From: Babesia bigemina
Taxonomy: Eukaryota
NCBI RefSeq assembly: GCF_000981445.1
Contig: NC_027216.1
Span: 62,001 to 126,000, forward strand
DNA: 64,000 nucleotides
Reading direction: 5' to 3'
A model generated the notes under the pieces. The model made no database searches. It was not told the DNA's origin and saw only the letters and a list, made by a program, of their open reading frames with translations. Below, one piece after another: positions 12,501 to 21,948 of the stretch. A program made the position numbers and the translations under genes. The number at the start of each line of letters is the position of its first letter. The stretch's first letter is position 1.

Positions 12501-15112
12501 TAGGCCAGGATTTCCGCCTCTTTGCCGTGAACGTGTTGGGTGGCCTGGTGGCGCAGGTGGCTCGGTGCGTTGTGGAATTCAGTGAGCGCTTCCACGAGGT
12601 GATAGATGTGAATTTCACGGCTCCAAACTACAGCAGGGGGTTCCTGAAGCTCCGGATGGCGGCATTCCGATCGTGCCTGATGTACCGCGGCAGGATCGCT
12701 CCGAAGGGCGACCCATCCATGTCCCCGGGCGCCTTCTCTGATGTAGATACGCAGAACTCTGAGAGTCAAGACTGCGTCTGCAGCATTGCCGTGGGCAAAG
12801 GCGGCGGCACTGACAGCGTGAGCGTGTGGCTGCATTTCAAGCTGAGTTTGTTCTTCGTGTGGCTCTACAAGGCGCTGTCTGTCGCCACTAAGAGCGCCCA
12901 CGAGCATGAGCCGCGGGGCGTCGAGGACGGCGTGTTGGAGGTGTACGAACGCGTAACTAAGTATGCGCTGAAAAGCATTACTCAGAGCTGCGTCCGAACG
13001 ATCGGTTGCATGCAAAAGGAGAACGCCAGCCTGCTTCAGTGCTTCGTTGGCGGCGGTTACGGTACGCCGCATACCGGTGAGGTGGAAGCTGCTTACGTGT
13101 TAATCATGGGCCCATACGCCTCCATGCTCGCCCTGGAGTCCATCGTGTGCACCGACTACAATGCAGCGTTTCTGCACGGCAAGGGTTACGTGCATTTGGT
13201 TGAGGTGATGGAGGCCGTGACGCAGCTGCCCTACACGACGTCTGCGTGCATTGCGAACCAGGACGTGAAATCTGGCGATTTGGTGAACCCTATGCTGGTG
13301 ATGAAGCGCGACAAGCAGATAATGGCCGACAGCCTTCGGTCGAGCACCGGCCGCACGTTCCAGTATGCCAATCGCAACATGCTGCGTGCGGTGCTGTACA
13401 AGCTTATGCAACGCCTTAACTTCATGCTGATGCGCGGCATGACCTGCAAGGAGTTTGCGTCACGTTTCGCTGCCTCTCAACAGCTGCAGCTTCTGTACGT
13501 GTACTCATTTTTGTGCAACTTCGTGCAACCCCTGGACGACGTGAACCCGAAGAAGATGCTGGCGACATTCTCCGACAACGTTGTGTCAGGTGCTAGAGGC
13601 AACTGCGTGGAGGTGATAGAGAACAGTCTGACCATGTGGTACCCGCCGTACCAGGGTTACCGAGTGGGTATAGCGGTTCGCTGCCCGTACCACCTGCTGC
13701 ACTGTGGCATGTTGCGCTTCTTGGTCGAGATGTGCTCCACCCACGACGTGGGCGGTGTAGTGGACGCCGTGCACATGGACAGCGACTTTGGCGTGCATTC
13801 ATTGATTTTGGATGTGCTCCGCCTGATGCATGCGCGCATGAGTCACATGATGATCGCCGACAAGCTGACGCTGGCACACCTGGAAGAAACCCACATGATG
13901 TTTTCGGTGCTGCGCCATCTTCCTAACCGCCACCGTCTGTCTGCAGGTGATTCCGCGCTGGTCAACGAGCTGCTTCACTACTCATCGCGTTTCTTTTCAA
14001 CCCTGATGCGTGCGTTCCAGCACGGCCTGGACAAGCTGGTCGACATGATCCCCACCCGCAGCGCGGCAGAATTGCATGCTGAGCCACCAAAGTCGTCAAG
14101 ATCGCGTATAACGCCGCGCTCTGCCCCGTCTGCTGAATCAAGCACCTCTGAAAGGCGACCTGGACCGTTCCAGCAAAGGTGTCTGTACCTCGCCTTGAAG
14201 ATCGCCGAATCGTTCGCGACGTTTTTACTTAACCTGGAGATAACCGTTGGCGTTGATTCTGAATTGCCCCCGCCCCTGGAGCATTTCGTGAAGACTGATG
14301 ACCCCCAGCGCATCCGTCGCATGTGCGGCGTGGACAACGCGGTGTTCCAGGGCGTGCTACACTCCACCGACGTGGACAAGAGTAAGTGGTGCCCTGGCGA
14401 CCACCAGCCGCTAACTAAACCTCACGAGGTTACGTTCGAACACATGGTCGAGACGATGGGGTCTTGTGTGGATCTGTGCACCTGGTCGTTGGGCGTCTGC
14501 AAGGATTTGCGTATCCCCGGCAATTCGCCGTTCTTGGTGGGCGTAAGGCGCCCGGATAGCAATGAAGTGATCCTCCCACTGAGTGTTTTCACGAATTTCC
14601 GAGGGGAAGCGAGCAAAACGTCGATTGAAGGCTTCCCGTGCTCCATCTACCGGGAGTCGTCTGCCCCGCCGCTGGACCACGTCGATGTGGCCCCCGCCGC
14701 AATACCGGTGTCCGAAATCCAATCGCTGGTGGAATGCGTGATCGAGAAAACGACGCTTTACTGCGCTCGGGCCGTGAACACCGCCTTCGTGCAGAACCAG
14801 CTGCACCAGCATGACTTGCGTCTCGGTCGGGCTCATGACACGGCTCAGTTTGATCCCAGCGGCGTCCATTCCGGGCTAAACCGCGCTGAACCGTACGGAG
14901 TGAAACGCCGAGGAGGACCTGGACGAATCCACTCCACGATGAGGGTGCTGCACAACGCGTTCGCCGACGTGGCCGCCAGCGCCAGCTGCTTGTCTGCGTC
15001 GACTATCGAGTTTTGCGCGGTGCTGTCGAGCCTGGTGGAGCGTCGCGTTACGCAAGCCAGGGTGTTGTCTGAAGCCTTCGGCGACACGTTTTTGTATTTG
15101 GAGAGCGCGTGA
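6536..15112 (+). CDS. Large (2858 aa) single-exon hypothetical protein, apparently alpha-helical
   Basis: 8.6-kb open frame with coding-like composition and Leu/Val/Cys-rich amphipathic segments throughout; no recognised catalytic motif. Confidence 0.85.
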   Translation: MIATGDWVGKMPPVEAPDGFYGASAIDSSRMDYSSRTDGTDGVGPLHGLSARAPKGDASNSVLERYSGALDMLRNQLWCMPASGNVTFEEGFAEEESSMGHQSSRSSDPSHLIKVERDLCSQSSVFLKRLLVRADRVPASVIDSVLSDRGVVRRLRKLNDTFTFGKRLYLPHEDLPPEVMSAVNTACGLFNGSCVPAVMWPCTDRNADHNERVTITESAVFEALQIHRLLKHNRGTYVEWGRSATSGHAEAGPLPIDVTDSAAIREVSDTILDELSSTMWCIGFLALHLRSKSDDKLRRHASDLLSDPEELTSRLWKYYLAFSDHVKMRCTHLKDIDKTLNANLSGRLVVEVHRVLSLQCAIVKALLDIHMGTRSMSVSEYERYEAHFERRGFSGAFSAARTVIGADECASSPLLMHAVQELQCLGSLLLSSFYLYDAFGDGKYEVTKKDFLLDTTDLMRKQLMVSGRGPSDNKSSVILVFAYACFLKDLSREKDYRNVDASFASDVAIHVDNYSECLEWIVLTRDMLSVSGSTAVATSSCRLVLLESICRVIECFGIEKLPHLDRIIFCICRIVKGDDSVSDRSYRKAKLWILEHVSSYLMSHFPFGLNALFQLLAACLPHSAESRDDSLMDVDSDCSTMELVVKFLLKPFGTITLSPLITPLEYKADTNEFELSGDVYVGIQLLHMLGFDKQVLFDQWFAWGLGNCLYYLRSGSVGKRVSLNNLRHLSTKQNELLNAHENSWVVDAGMQNIALDSSLGAFWIQESQMPKPSGTSGSLSGCRFELENGMCVTCYTTGKQSASQPEPALHFTLLRAIWIIWRGSMLYVLNMNCDLPDHALRTFVECNALLVRLITKFPRLVSLIEDHIVSSLHMGDASSKFPFGPCSLIFHYTLLFVLCLQRRQLRIMLPEVIEALRGFLIPAYVVPVGDNATEVEFSRYWIFMESFEFCCQGLADEYEAPVFLLMDRIMQEEELPMHIYPVTRGVLLFFKELLEQCPPELWMLSGWHHGMLNMSHTSLDMESNNVTHGLGLSYLSSLKRYVDANAHKSRELYNPFQAKLLCEFFAFVMKDVSPRVAEFEFADNGERLDILCAIADIVQLICRIFRVHNYDNSKSEIGGASTETSDDSWVQGLKELINRCLLILSGSNYIMEVINALTCQVDILAYHQSRSGSLVMVNPLTFIEVSSDFFTVRKAIKSRTAVHITSTAAPDCGYASCYQSACGFRWLCQQEFVSLSGKSKRLISSSLRLLRDLYVVALPRNRNPLFATLAESLGSNYFVNCRTEVERRRRYMQSSDKVFDSNDPVAYYASRQVELLCGGLPVTSVVQSLVAHTYSGSTVAAATDILSMYLLLHEQYKLDSGALLGSFVINNSSALQQLGHMRGNYDVISQSSKDEACLCEHLVCVFLDPTTTSFETRLSIMQYILVVLSTCSGMEMLLRNGIDVEALVDFVDSVLRYHVLHGRRHNLGDVTVAQYALLIFARLVELSKGAHRGYCWRSVTLSLRVLIDLWRSFDSNLFVDPEVALNQQGVVPRSTMVKELWFEQVSPDMYVDMSDSLLERRLGLMRIMGSVYAVLDCMNVQLRCSKSSGRELLDEFLRLLSFVSTNWDFMDTLLPIIVYDSGFVDTYVRNDVTQKNMRQYYRLGLWLGEDSMLPLTRCLHYLHDMNVPPELLLMSGDAPSEINPLDAHELLHSVVSQKLARLKNHVPEKTSRHDFFADMLRPLLSDIVGPPEVNGFENHRPKVNFLDVESPRSDSVHPDYSFYSFGTSSEFGHRYMMDVEMFRHFCMALLTSADDQVNVLLSRGMASVRGCVEMVPYVDSLNELKLRLLSQLCHLVANFRYFGSDLETRMGKLLRADVYACEKDSQRTLKTPMPPFEMFAFNGAMLLQLALTRPDCLSEHPVYVGLLIEFLRLLFEKSFSLSRLESSFVSYYECCRSADASDGGFVDYIVSRDLVGSGDAASGPGDKAKRGKTAKDKPDANANGNRGEVGQDFRLFAVNVLGGLVAQVARCVVEFSERFHEVIDVNFTAPNYSRGFLKLRMAAFRSCLMYRGRIAPKGDPSMSPGAFSDVDTQNSESQDCVCSIAVGKGGGTDSVSVWLHFKLSLFFVWLYKALSVATKSAHEHEPRGVEDGVLEVYERVTKYALKSITQSCVRTIGCMQKENASLLQCFVGGGYGTPHTGEVEAAYVLIMGPYASMLALESIVCTDYNAAFLHGKGYVHLVEVMEAVTQLPYTTSACIANQDVKSGDLVNPMLVMKRDKQIMADSLRSSTGRTFQYANRNMLRAVLYKLMQRLNFMLMRGMTCKEFASRFAASQQLQLLYVYSFLCNFVQPLDDVNPKKMLATFSDNVVSGARGNCVEVIENSLTMWYPPYQGYRVGIAVRCPYHLLHCGMLRFLVEMCSTHDVGGVVDAVHMDSDFGVHSLILDVLRLMHARMSHMMIADKLTLAHLEETHMMFSVLRHLPNRHRLSAGDSALVNELLHYSSRFFSTLMRAFQHGLDKLVDMIPTRSAAELHAEPPKSSRSRITPRSAPSAESSTSERRPGPFQQRCLYLALKIAESFATFLLNLEITVGVDSELPPPLEHFVKTDDPQRIRRMCGVDNAVFQGVLHSTDVDKSKWCPGDHQPLTKPHEVTFEHMVETMGSCVDLCTWSLGVCKDLRIPGNSPFLVGVRRPDSNEVILPLSVFTNFRGEASKTSIEGFPCSIYRESSAPPLDHVDVAPAAIPVSEIQSLVECVIEKTTLYCARAVNTAFVQNQLHQHDLRLGRAHDTAQFDPSGVHSGLNRAEPYGVKRRGGPGRIHSTMRVLHNAFADVAASASCLSASTIEFCAVLSSLVERRVTQARVLSEAFGDTFLYLESA

Positions 15113-15207
15113 GCGCCCTCCTTGGCCGCGTTGTCGCGTGCTCGCACAACACGGCTCCGCCGTGCAACCTATCGCATTAACGTTGCATAACATATAGCTT
15201 GGCTTTG

Positions 15208-16985
15208 ATGACTGCTGAATCTGAACCGCCAAGCGCCGGATTCCCCGAGGAATCTGCGCTGTTGCGCGTGTTCGGCGACGTATGTTCGATGTGTCTGTAC
15301 ACATCTCGCTGCAGTTCGTGGACCCCGTCCCTATGGTCCAATTCGTCGGACCCGCAGCCTATGAACGCCACAAATATGTCGAGTCGTTGTTATCGCGAAA
15401 CAAGGTGCCGTTTGGCGTGGTGGAATCCGCGGTGTATGCAGGTGAGCGACTTCCAGCCTTGCGTCATCGTCGTCAGAATGCCAGAACGGGACCCCTTCCG
15501 CGCTGATGCACTGGATGTGGACGCGTTTCGTGCGTCGTCTGGTGGTTGGATTCTGCGCTCTGTACCCCAAAGAGGCGCCGCGCTACGGCAAGCTGCGCCA
15601 AACCGAGGTGCGCACATGCGCTGACTTCGTGCGCATAATCAACACGTTCACGTTGTGCCCCGGTGAGCCCGTGCCCGACAAGGATGAGCTGTGCATGGCC
15701 GTGGTGGTGCAGGACTACCACGAGCTGCTGGCCCACGAGCCTACCCTGCTGAATACGCTGATGCGTCTCCATGAGAAGCTACACCGTGTGCCCATCGAGA
15801 AGGGGTGAGTGTGAAGCATGTCATACTAATGCGCGCCAGCTATCGCCGCAACAAGGTAACGGTGATCATGATGGGTCCTTACCCCCTTCCCCCCGAGGTG
15901 ACGAGGGGCGACTTCTGCATCCCCCTGGTGCCGGTGGAGTTGATAACCCCTGAGGGTGCTGAGGACCTGATTCGGTCCTCCAGCCACAATTTCGCGCTTG
16001 AGAAGGCGCGTACTATGTTGCCGGATTATAGTGAGGCTACGATTTCGTTCCTGTGGTCCGGGTTCGTGCACTACTTTGTGGACGTGGTCTACGCGTGGTA
16101 CAAGTTCGACACGTCGTCGATGGAGTTCTACAGCAGGTGGGCTGCGCACTCTTATTGCATGCGTCATCTGCCTTCAGGCTGCTGTGGTCCAATTTCCTGG
16201 AGCCCCTGTGCGGCGCCACGGAGCCCACTGGTGACGAGCTGCCGGAGCGGCTGCAGTTTCTGTGCAAGAGCGTCGACGAGCACCTGCGCAGTTCGACGGT
16301 GTACACAAGAAGCAGGTTCATCACGGAGTTGCACGACCTCAGGGTGAGCAACATGAGGCTGCTGCGTAAGCAGCTGTACAAGTTCCACGGGAGCCGTTTG
16401 ACGAAGTACCTGCTCCTCGGCGCGGTGATTTCCGCGTTTAACACGCCTGAAACGATGCGCCGTCGCTTGCGCAATAAGAACGTGCGTACCAACCTGCACG
16501 ACGTCGCACTGTGGCGCCGTCAGCGTAAATTCGACCTGTGGTCGTGGATCGCGAACACGGAGTGGGCGCTGGCGTCTAACGAGTCCGAGTCCATTAACAT
16601 GGACCCCGGGTTCTTCACTGAGGTAAGTGCGAACATCGTCCGCTTACTGTATTGACCGCAGCTGATGTGGCTCATCACCGAGGGCTACGTGAAGCCGCAG
16701 TGCACCCCCGAGACGTGGTGTCGCCTGCCGCAGTCGCATAGCGTCCCGCTGTGGCGCGTGTCTGACATGATGCCGTCGGCAGACCTGCAGTGGCTCCACA
16801 CCATCTGCTACAACGAGGACACTGAGATCGACCAGTGTCTGGGGCAGATGGTGAACACGACTGCCCGTTTCTCCCTTAGCGTTAGTTGCCCCTCCCGGTA
16901 AACTATTGGTGATCAGGTTACCAAGGGGCTTGTAATCTCCATCATCAACGACCTGAATGTCGACATAGACGAGTTCCTCATCTGA
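15208..16985 (+). CDS. ORC5: Origin recognition complex subunit 5 (multi-exon)
   Basis: C-terminal ORC5 pattern LTKYLLLGAVISAFN (cf. SKFLLIAAYLASYN), RKFDLWSWIA, FFTELMWLITEG and terminal VTKGLVISIINDLNVDIDEFLI*; N-terminal AAA-like segment VPMVQFVGPAAYERHKYVESLL; short GT-AG introns keep the frame. Confidence 0.75.
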
Positions 16986-17071
16986 ATGAGGTGTCTTCGG
17001 GGCTCCACCCGCTCCACCTAAAGCGCCGGCAGCCCTAGCCGCGAGGGTGATCGCAACCAGTTGTAATAAGC

Positions 17072-17944
17072 ATGTACTTCTGTGCTCCTATAGCGCGTTC
17101 GGCGCTCCTTGCGCGCCAATGTGCGCGTTTTCGTCGTTTTTCGTCGTCTTCATACGACATCTTCAAGAAAATCAAGGATAGCAGCGAGGGCGAGAACGCC
17201 TCCGGGCAGCCTTCGTCCGCTGGCGGCCGCAAGCCTTCCGACCGGGTATGACCAGGGTGTGTGTAAAGGCTAAATAGTGGCTAGGTCATCCGGCTGGTGG
17301 ACGAGATTCTGAACCTGACGCTGATGGAGGCCGCCGACCTGTGCGACTTGTGCCAGGAGCGTTTGGCCGGTAAGCTCCGCAGTTCGTCCTCTTCACTGAT
17401 TGTGCTGCAGGCGCTAACATAAACGCCGGGTATTTGCCCGGGAGGACGCCGTTCCCGCATCCGCATACGTTTTTCTCAGGTAGGCTGGATGTGTATCGTC
17501 GAGATCGTCCGCAGGCGCTGGCATGATGCCCGGAGCTGCGCCGATGGGCAACATGCAGTAAGTTGAAGCCCAATCGAGGCACATTGAGTTGCAGATTCTC
17601 CCCGGCCGCGCCCACAGCGCAGCCCGCCGAGCCTGCTGCGCAGGCCGCCGCGGCGCCTGAACCACCATCGCAACCTCAGCAGCCAGGTGAGGCGCATCCT
17701 ACCGCCGCCACACAGTGTCGCAGCAAAGAAGAGCACGGGAACGCTTACTCTGACCGGGTTCGACTCTGCGAAGAAGATCGCAGTCATAAAGGTGGTGCGC
17801 ACCGTGACCGGCCTGGGCCTGCGTGAATCTAAGGAGCTCGTGGAGAGCGTGCCACGGCAGCTCAAGAAGGATATGGCCATAGATGACATTGAGAAGCTGG
17901 CCAAGGAGATAGAGGCCGCCGGCGGCACAGTGAAAATCGACTGA
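17072..17944 (+). CDS. MRPL12: Organellar (probably mitochondrial) ribosomal protein L7/L12 precursor (multi-exon)
   Basis: Arg-rich presequence without acidic residues (MYFCAPIARSALLARQCARFRRFSS), LVDEILNLTLMEAADL, Ala/Pro hinge, C-terminal KKIAVIKVVRTVTGLGLRESKELVE...IEAAGGTV. Confidence 0.9.
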
Positions 17945-18002
17945 TGTAATGTTCTGTGACTTTACAGACGGTAGTGATACATTAGCTGAAGCTTCGGGTA
18001 TT

Positions 18003-20444
18003 TCAGACGACCCGGTTTGATTTAGGCGATGCTGGGTTGGAGTTCGGACCGCGAGGCGGGCGCCTGTTGGGGTTTCGCGGTATCTGGTGGTGGCGCTTCG
18101 GGAACCCCCTCCCTCGATTGGGCGAATCCAGGCCTTCCGGAGGCGGCCCCTGGTTCCGCCACGTTGGCGAGATGGGGTGGCAGTGCTTGGGCGACATTAT
18201 ATGCGGCGCGGGCGCTGCGACCGGTGGAATTGCCCACGGCGCTTTGGGGTGCGGCGGCATGGCGTTGTACATTGCGTTGTGGAACATGAGCATGTTCGGG
18301 TGCGGGGGTGGCGGCGGTATCATGTACATTGGGTACATGCGGCCAGGTGGACTGCCGCCTGTGATGTTGGGTCCACCACGGCGTGGATTGGGTGGCACGT
18401 GCTTCCTGTAAGGGTTCGGCGGCGGCGAGAATGAGGCCGAGCCTGGGCCTTCTTTTAACCTATTCGTCTCGTAGACCACTCTCTGCTTTGCTCTTTCCGG
18501 CGTCCCCACCGTCGTAGTTGGAGCGCTATCAGCTGCTTTTGGCGTCTCTGCTGGTGATGCCGCCTCCTCCGTTGGAGGCGCGGCTTTGGGCGTAGGGTCG
18601 CGCTTCACCTTGGGTATCTTGAGTGTATCATCGCCATCGAGCTTCACGGGCTCGAACCCACTTGTCATTTTCAGGTTCCGCCAGCTTTCTACGCTCTTTC
18701 CAGATCTATTGAGGGCCATGCGTCGCGCCAGGGCTATTCTGTTTGGCGCCCCTCTGGCACCAATCTGCGTAGGCGAGGTGCTTGTAGTGTCCGGTGACTT
18801 GTTTTTCCCTCTAAATGATGCTGCGCGGGATCTGCCCTTCGATTTCGTTGAATCATTCCTTTTGCTTTCTTCGTCGCTATATTCGCTGAATGCTGCTTCG
18901 TCGTCATCCGTGAATAGACCCGTGCCAGCCAGCTCAAGAGAGCCGTGCTTCCTCCTCATGATGGGCCCATCAGAGTCATCTGCTTTGGTCCGTTCCAACT
19001 CCAAACTCTTCGACTTTCCAGGCCTCGCTGCGTTCGAGCCACCTCTTGTGGTGGCAGCCTTTCGACCTCCTGCTCTTTTGGAGGATGCGGTCTTGGGTTG
19101 TCCGGCATCCTGCGCATCGCTAACCGAATCCTTTCTCTGCGCTGCACCCGCCTTAGCCCTAGCACGACCAGTTTCCGATTTACCTTTTTGCGCCGCACGT
19201 CCCTCTGTTTTCGCCTTTAGACTCTCTCCGCCCATAAGGGCATCGCCGATGGACTCCTGCGTATTTGCGGCTGTAGACACCAAAGATGTAATTCCCCCCT
19301 TTTTCTGCGCATCTGTCTGCCGTAACTTCGCATAGGACGCTGAAAGCATGGATTCCCTGTTCCGCGCCTCGATGGCTTTCAACATTGCGGACTGCTGCTC
19401 TTGCATCAGTGCCCTCACATTCTTCGTCCGCGTTTGTGCCATGTCCTTGAGTTTTTTGAATTCGTACTTCTTGAGCAGGTCATTCACATTCTCCATGCTG
19501 AGCGTCGTGCCGCCGAATACAGCTCGCCAGGGCTTGAAATTCAGCACACCAGTGTGTCTGACCTTGATGGGCATCCGGCGACGTATGTGCTCGAGGTGTT
19601 GCAGTGCCGCAGCGCCGTACATGTCGATCAAGGTGGTAACGAAGTCGGTCGGTATGGACTCCGTGCGGTGCGCATAGCGCGCAAGGCGCTCCATGTTCTG
19701 AATCATGCGATAGTAGTGATCGGCCCTCAGAGCAACGAGCTCAAGTATGGAGTAGACGACGAATTTGATCTTCTCATTGCGGCTGTACATGCCCCTGTTG
19801 AGTAGATCGCCTACATCTTTCTGCACTGTCTTCAGGTCATCGCACATTCCTATGTGCTCCGTTTCTGAGGCCTTGCCGCCGGGTGCCGTGGCGCTGGCGT
19901 CAGCGTTGATCGACTCCTGCGAGCGAGCCGAGGCTGAACGCGTGCCGTACACACTCTCATGCTTCTGCTCCTTGCTCTGATCTTTTGAGAGATCCGTAAT
20001 GAGTACCGGCTTCGGTATGAGTGCCGTCACGACATCCCTGATCGCGTTCAGTATGTTCCTAATGGTGCGTATGTCAATGCTCGGGCTGGATTCAGAGTCA
20101 TCCTCGCTGCAGGTGGGATCCTGTTGTACAAATATGGGCGCTTCTGTGGTCTCCCTGGGGCTCGGTTTAGTGCGTCTGGCCTTCTTAAGTTCGGCATCGT
20201 CCGGCTGCTCGTATATGTCACTGAAGCGCTTGTTTGCGTATCGCATCTTTGGGTCTACGCCGTCCATAATGGCCGACGACCACCGCGTCCTTCGCACATA
20301 TGTTTGTGATTCCGCGGCAGGTTCCGGTTTCGGGACGGCATCGCTGAAAGCATCGGAGAGGTCGGTTTCCGCGTCGGCAGCCGCAGCACGCTGCGTCAAA
20401 GTCGCGGCCGGTTCGGACATCTCCGTTTCCTGCGTGTCCGCCAT
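18003..20444 (-). CDS. Hypothetical low-complexity protein with basic/charged middle and Pro-rich C-terminus
   Basis: Open frame of about 810 aa from the first ATG (MADTQETEMS...), helical central region, Lys/Arg/Ser-rich tract and Pro-rich tail. Confidence 0.75.
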   Translation of the reverse strand: MADTQETEMSEPAATLTQRAAAADAETDLSDAFSDAVPKPEPAAESQTYVRRTRWSSAIMDGVDPKMRYANKRFSDIYEQPDDAELKKARRTKPSPRETTEAPIFVQQDPTCSEDDSESSPSIDIRTIRNILNAIRDVVTALIPKPVLITDLSKDQSKEQKHESVYGTRSASARSQESINADASATAPGGKASETEHIGMCDDLKTVQKDVGDLLNRGMYSRNEKIKFVVYSILELVALRADHYYRMIQNMERLARYAHRTESIPTDFVTTLIDMYGAAALQHLEHIRRRMPIKVRHTGVLNFKPWRAVFGGTTLSMENVNDLLKKYEFKKLKDMAQTRTKNVRALMQEQQSAMLKAIEARNRESMLSASYAKLRQTDAQKKGGITSLVSTAANTQESIGDALMGGESLKAKTEGRAAQKGKSETGRARAKAGAAQRKDSVSDAQDAGQPKTASSKRAGGRKAATTRGGSNAARPGKSKSLELERTKADDSDGPIMRRKHGSLELAGTGLFTDDDEAAFSEYSDEESKRNDSTKSKGRSRAASFRGKNKSPDTTSTSPTQIGARGAPNRIALARRMALNRSGKSVESWRNLKMTSGFEPVKLDGDDTLKIPKVKRDPTPKAAPPTEEAASPAETPKAADSAPTTTVGTPERAKQRVVYETNRLKEGPGSASFSPPPNPYRKHVPPNPRRGGPNITGGSPPGRMYPMYMIPPPPPHPNMLMFHNAMYNAMPPHPKAPWAIPPVAAPAPHIMSPKHCHPISPTWRNQGPPPEGLDSPNRGRGFPKRHHQIPRNPNRRPPRGPNSNPASPKSNRVV

Positions 20445-20982
20445 TATTTGTGTGCTGCCAAACCACACTATTGCTACTCAAATCCCGGCGGCGGATGAGG
20501 GCAAGCCAGCCGCTTCAAGGCATCAGTCGCCGGCGCCGGAGCTCTCAGCAGCCACGCTTCACGGTACCAAATGCGTGACAACTGCCACACATTTATAGAA
20601 TTTGCTATTATTTAAGCCAGTTGTCTTCGTAGTATGGCCACTCTGGCGCACGAGCAGCCCTCTGCGGCGTTACCCCCGCAAAACGCTGCAAAAGCAACCT
20701 AGACGTCCGTGCGCGCCGCCGGCGTGATGTCTTCCGATTTTTATGACGTTTGGCAAGCGCGTAATTTTCGTATTCGGTGGGTGTGTCATATCATCGGTTG
20801 GTTCAGCGTTCTCCCGAGCTCGCCCTTCTGGCTGCGGATATTCTACGCCAATAATGTCCGCACCGCCGATATATAGTTACACATGTGGTCTCAACGGGCG
20901 TATGACGCCCTGAACAGCGCTTGAAGGCCGGCTGCTGCACGGTCTAGTGTCGTCACGGGAGATTTTACAGCGCCGTGATTCC

Positions 20983-21930
20983 ATGACAGTGGACAACGGA
21001 GAGAGGAGAACGACGCAGATAGCAACCAACGCTGACCAGCCACATGCACCGCATTCAACACCAAGACCCATAAAAGGAGTGCAAAACGGCCTTCGTTCGC
21101 TCGGTATTGTGGGCAAGTGCATCGGTGACCGCAGTACTCTGCTGCTCACCCACTGGCTGGTGGAAGCGCTAGGGAAATTCAGGGGCTGGGAACATACATG
21201 CAGCGAGCTCGTATGGATCCGTCGCATCCAGCCTGGTACGAATCAGGGGTTTTGTTCCATCGAGACCCTGACTTCGTCAGACACGTGTGGTCGCAACGCC
21301 CTCGACTGTAACCTGTGCTGCGGGATTTGCAGGCAGTGCCACTTTGTGCAGGCTTTCCAACCAAATACAACAAGGGCAGTACTAGCGCCAGAAAGCGGTC
21401 ATGCGAATGGAGCTGGCTTTGCTTTGGCTGCTGCTGCGTGTCTGGTAACAAATCTGCCAGCGTCGGCAGGGCTGCTTCCCCGCCCGCCTTCGCTGCTCGT
21501 GTTTTGTTTGAGCGCCGCTGGCACTGCAGCTAGCAACGAATCGTACAAATCAGCTCTAAAATCATATAATTGCGTTTTGGAGCGCTATGTGCCGGACTTG
21601 ACGCAGCTGGTTGGTGATACCGCCTTCGCTTCGGGAGCCACAGCGGAACTGATGCCTGCCGATGAAGGTGCGTATTTAACACCGGAACTGCTGTGCATGT
21701 TGGAGTGCGTGTCGAAAGAATGCATGGGCACAACTCCGGACGAGCTCATCGCGATAAAATCTGCCCGCGTCTGGTCCGACGACGTGATGTACCCGGGTCT
21801 AATCGAGGAGGTGGAGACTTTGATACGCCGCCAGCGTAGTTGTGTAGCGGCGCTTGCGCTAAACTTCGGCAGCGAATCCGACATTTGCTTGTATGAAATA
21901 AACTTCGGCTGCGCGCTGAACCACCTTTGA
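20983..21930 (+). CDS. Hypothetical protein; only the 3' half (about 21490-21930) looks convincingly coding and the start is uncertain
   Basis: Long ORF whose C-terminal part (ESYKSALKSYNCVLERYVPDL...NFGCALNHL) reads as globular and Cys-containing, preceded by a hydrophobic stretch. Confidence 0.45.
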   Translation: MTVDNGERRTTQIATNADQPHAPHSTPRPIKGVQNGLRSLGIVGKCIGDRSTLLLTHWLVEALGKFRGWEHTCSELVWIRRIQPGTNQGFCSIETLTSSDTCGRNALDCNLCCGICRQCHFVQAFQPNTTRAVLAPESGHANGAGFALAAAACLVTNLPASAGLLPRPPSLLVFCLSAAGTAASNESYKSALKSYNCVLERYVPDLTQLVGDTAFASGATAELMPADEGAYLTPELLCMLECVSKECMGTTPDELIAIKSARVWSDDVMYPGLIEEVETLIRRQRSCVAALALNFGSESDICLYEINFGCALNHL

Positions 21931-21948
21931 AAGAACCCCGTCGCCAGG

